A stretch of 64,000 bases of DNA from Leptogorgia sarmentosa (lineage: Eukaryota): positions 21,018,001-21,082,000 of the forward strand of contig OZ210885.1 of NCBI GenBank assembly GCA_964658305.1, given 5' to 3'. This document shows, one piece after another, positions 61,956 through 64,000 of this stretch. The position numbers and the translations under genes are program-made. Each line of letters begins with the position of its first letter. Position 1 is the first letter of the stretch. The notes under the pieces were generated by a model. That model was not told the DNA's origin. It worked only from the letters and a program-made list of their open reading frames with translations, and made no database searches.

Positions 61956-63900
61956 TTATGAATGATGTATGCCCAGAGAACCATGAGTGAGGGCTATGTC
62001 CATAAATTTCTTGAAATCATCATACAATTCATGGACTGTTGGGAGGGATATAGCAAAAAAACAAGTTTCAGCAACAGGCAAAGGGCTGTTATCCTCTTGG
62101 AATTTCACCTGCAGAGTACCATTCCGGGGTGGTAAATTGTTCATGGCTGTCCAAAAACAGCAAAGGTCAGTCATGGAAGGTTTGCCTAGATAACAGAAAT
62201 GTTCATATTATTGAACAAATACTCATCAGTGACAATGTTCTGGATTGATGTGTATCTCCAATTGCAAATAAATGCGTTTTTGTTATTTTCCATGATTATT
62301 TCACCTAATCTTAATACACTGTTAGGACCTAGTTTGACTATTGAAAACGCGAACGTTTAGTACCTTCATCGTATTTCTCCAGTTCGTTGAGGTATTGGTA
62401 CAGATACACGATTGTGTCCTCGTGGCCTGTTGGTTCTTCAAAGACGATGGCCTCCTTCATCTGCTCGGCTGTCACGAATCGCATTTCAGACCTCGGGAAC
62501 AGGCTTTTTACGACATCAATGCCGCATTTACCCATGAAGTTATGAAACCCAACTTCATTCATGCCTGCAGAGAACAAAAGTTTTGTACACTGTGGCAGGG
62601 TTTGGCACTAATTGAGTTTTTTGGGGGGATTTAATTATATGTAAATGCTAGATAAATAGTCCTAACAGCACACCACGCAGGCTATAGTTGACCATAAAAG
62701 TTGAATCTCAATTTGTCAGTTTAACAACACTAATTTACTATGAATTTCGGAATTCACTAATTTGAATCACAAAATACTGTGCAAGGCCACTTGTAACTGC
62801 ATAGCTTTTGCAATGTCATCCAATTCTCTCCTCCTCTTGTGTATGACAAAGTACACAACCAGACCTTGTATCAGCAACTTCCTGTTTTAAATTTAGCATG
62901 TGGATATCTAATCCAGCCTCAAAAATATAGGGCGTGACTCCATCCTTGAGATCATCACTAACAGTTTCATCTTGTGACAGATCTTCAAGCTGCAAAAACG
63001 AAATCACTAGTTATCATCAATATCAACCTGGAACAAGTTGTTGATTTTCTCAATTTTTACGCGTGTACTGCAAGTCAGAACACGGTATTTACATCGGCTT
63101 GGGGTATTTACCTCAGAAGTGGGACACTATTTGCATTTTCACTAATGGCTAGTCTATTCTAATTATAATCATAAATATACAATAGAGTACACTATCTTGG
63201 TACCATTCTATCGCTTGCTGAATACGTTATCACCCCTTTCACAAAGTGTACATTTGTTTAATATTTACCTGCGTGATATATTGTCTCAGTTCAACATCTG
63301 GAATATCCGCCAAACCTAATGTGAGACTTTCCAATAAAAGGTCGTCGACGTCACCGTTTACAGTTAATACCCAATACTGCAAAACTGCTTCGGACAAACC
63401 GTACACGAATGGGCCCCCGAGTGCGAAATCGAGTGACCAATAATTCGGCCAATAGCTGTAAATGCACCTGTGCATCTCAAAGCATGGTCATGCACTGGTA
63501 TTTTATGGTTGTCCTCGCCTTCAAAAAATAGCAAAGGTTTGCCATACTTCTCTAGGCCAACTTCAACGATTTTCATTGCACAGAGAAGAAATTCTCTTAT
63601 TGGGCCATTTCCTACACCTTCTTCACCTTCGAATTTCACTCGAGGTTTGGCAGTGAGCTTTACTCTGGGATTCTTATAGCACCCAAGAACATCTTTCTTC
63701 AGTTCGTCCATACCATCTTCCCGCGAAACAGTAAATCTCTGCCTGGTTAACGATTCATCGATGGTACTTTCTCTGAATTGTTCCAATTCTGATTTACTTG
63801 GATTCATTTTCGGAGGTTCTTCCAGGTACATGGACGTTGTTGCAATCATCTCCCCGTCATCATCACTGTCGGCCACAATGTCATCTAATCCTAAAAAGTT
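61956..63900 (-). pseudogene. HECT-type E3 ubiquitin ligase (G2E3-like), multi-exon, frameshifted; the 5' part lies beyond the window
   Basis: PRVKFEGEEGVGNGPIREFL, AIGRIIGHSI, LCCFWTA..LPP, LPVAETCFFAISLPT (catalytic Cys). Confidence 0.8.
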
Positions 63901-64000
63901 AATGTGGGATTTTACGATAAATATTCTATATATATATTCTACTCTCATTATATATGTCTAAAGCGGCAAAACACACATGAACCGTACCTAATAAATGTTG

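Larger units (their letters stand above)
59211..64000 (+). mobile_element. IS3EU-like element with an integrase-type transposase gene (+) convergent with a HECT E3 ligase gene (-); runs off the window
   Basis: Starts TATGGCG, followed by a TTCGACATTGAAG subterminal array and the convergent gene pair. Confidence 0.6.

Overview
This is eukaryotic, AT-rich, intron-containing DNA from a marine invertebrate. The rRNA fragments and TE families suggest a cnidarian or hydrozoan (inference). It looks like a heterochromatic graveyard of nested mobile elements, a ~375-bp satellite and shattered rDNA, and I recognise no ordinary single-copy host gene. In order: (1) the end of a TAT-terminated element carrying a many-exon gene; (2) a 5'-truncated Penelope/Neptune-like retroelement with a minimal hammerhead ribozyme but no visible GIY-YIG endonuclease; (3) a decayed ~2,000-codon NOF/MULE-like transposase gene that fuses PHD finger, DDE core, USP deubiquitinase, Ulp1 SUMO protease and an Ig-like domain; (4) palindromic MITEs; (5) satellite interrupted by a tyrosine-recombinase retroelement and an intact-looking two-gene Harbinger; (6) a second TAT-terminated element with a HECT E3 gene truncated by a Gypsy element; (7) pseudogenised 28S/5.8S/18S pieces in both orientations, invaded by a Tc1/mariner-type MITE, a Helitron fragment and a DIRS element; (8) a CACTA/EnSpm-like relic with a neighbouring kinase, interrupted by a nearly intact Academ; (9) a third TAT-terminated IS3EU-like element with an integrase gene facing a HECT E3 ligase gene. 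The most interesting signals are DNA transposons carrying ubiquitin/SUMO enzymes: erasers (USP plus Ulp1) in one element and writers (HECT) in another family. All family calls come from reading motifs by eye; no database searches were run.
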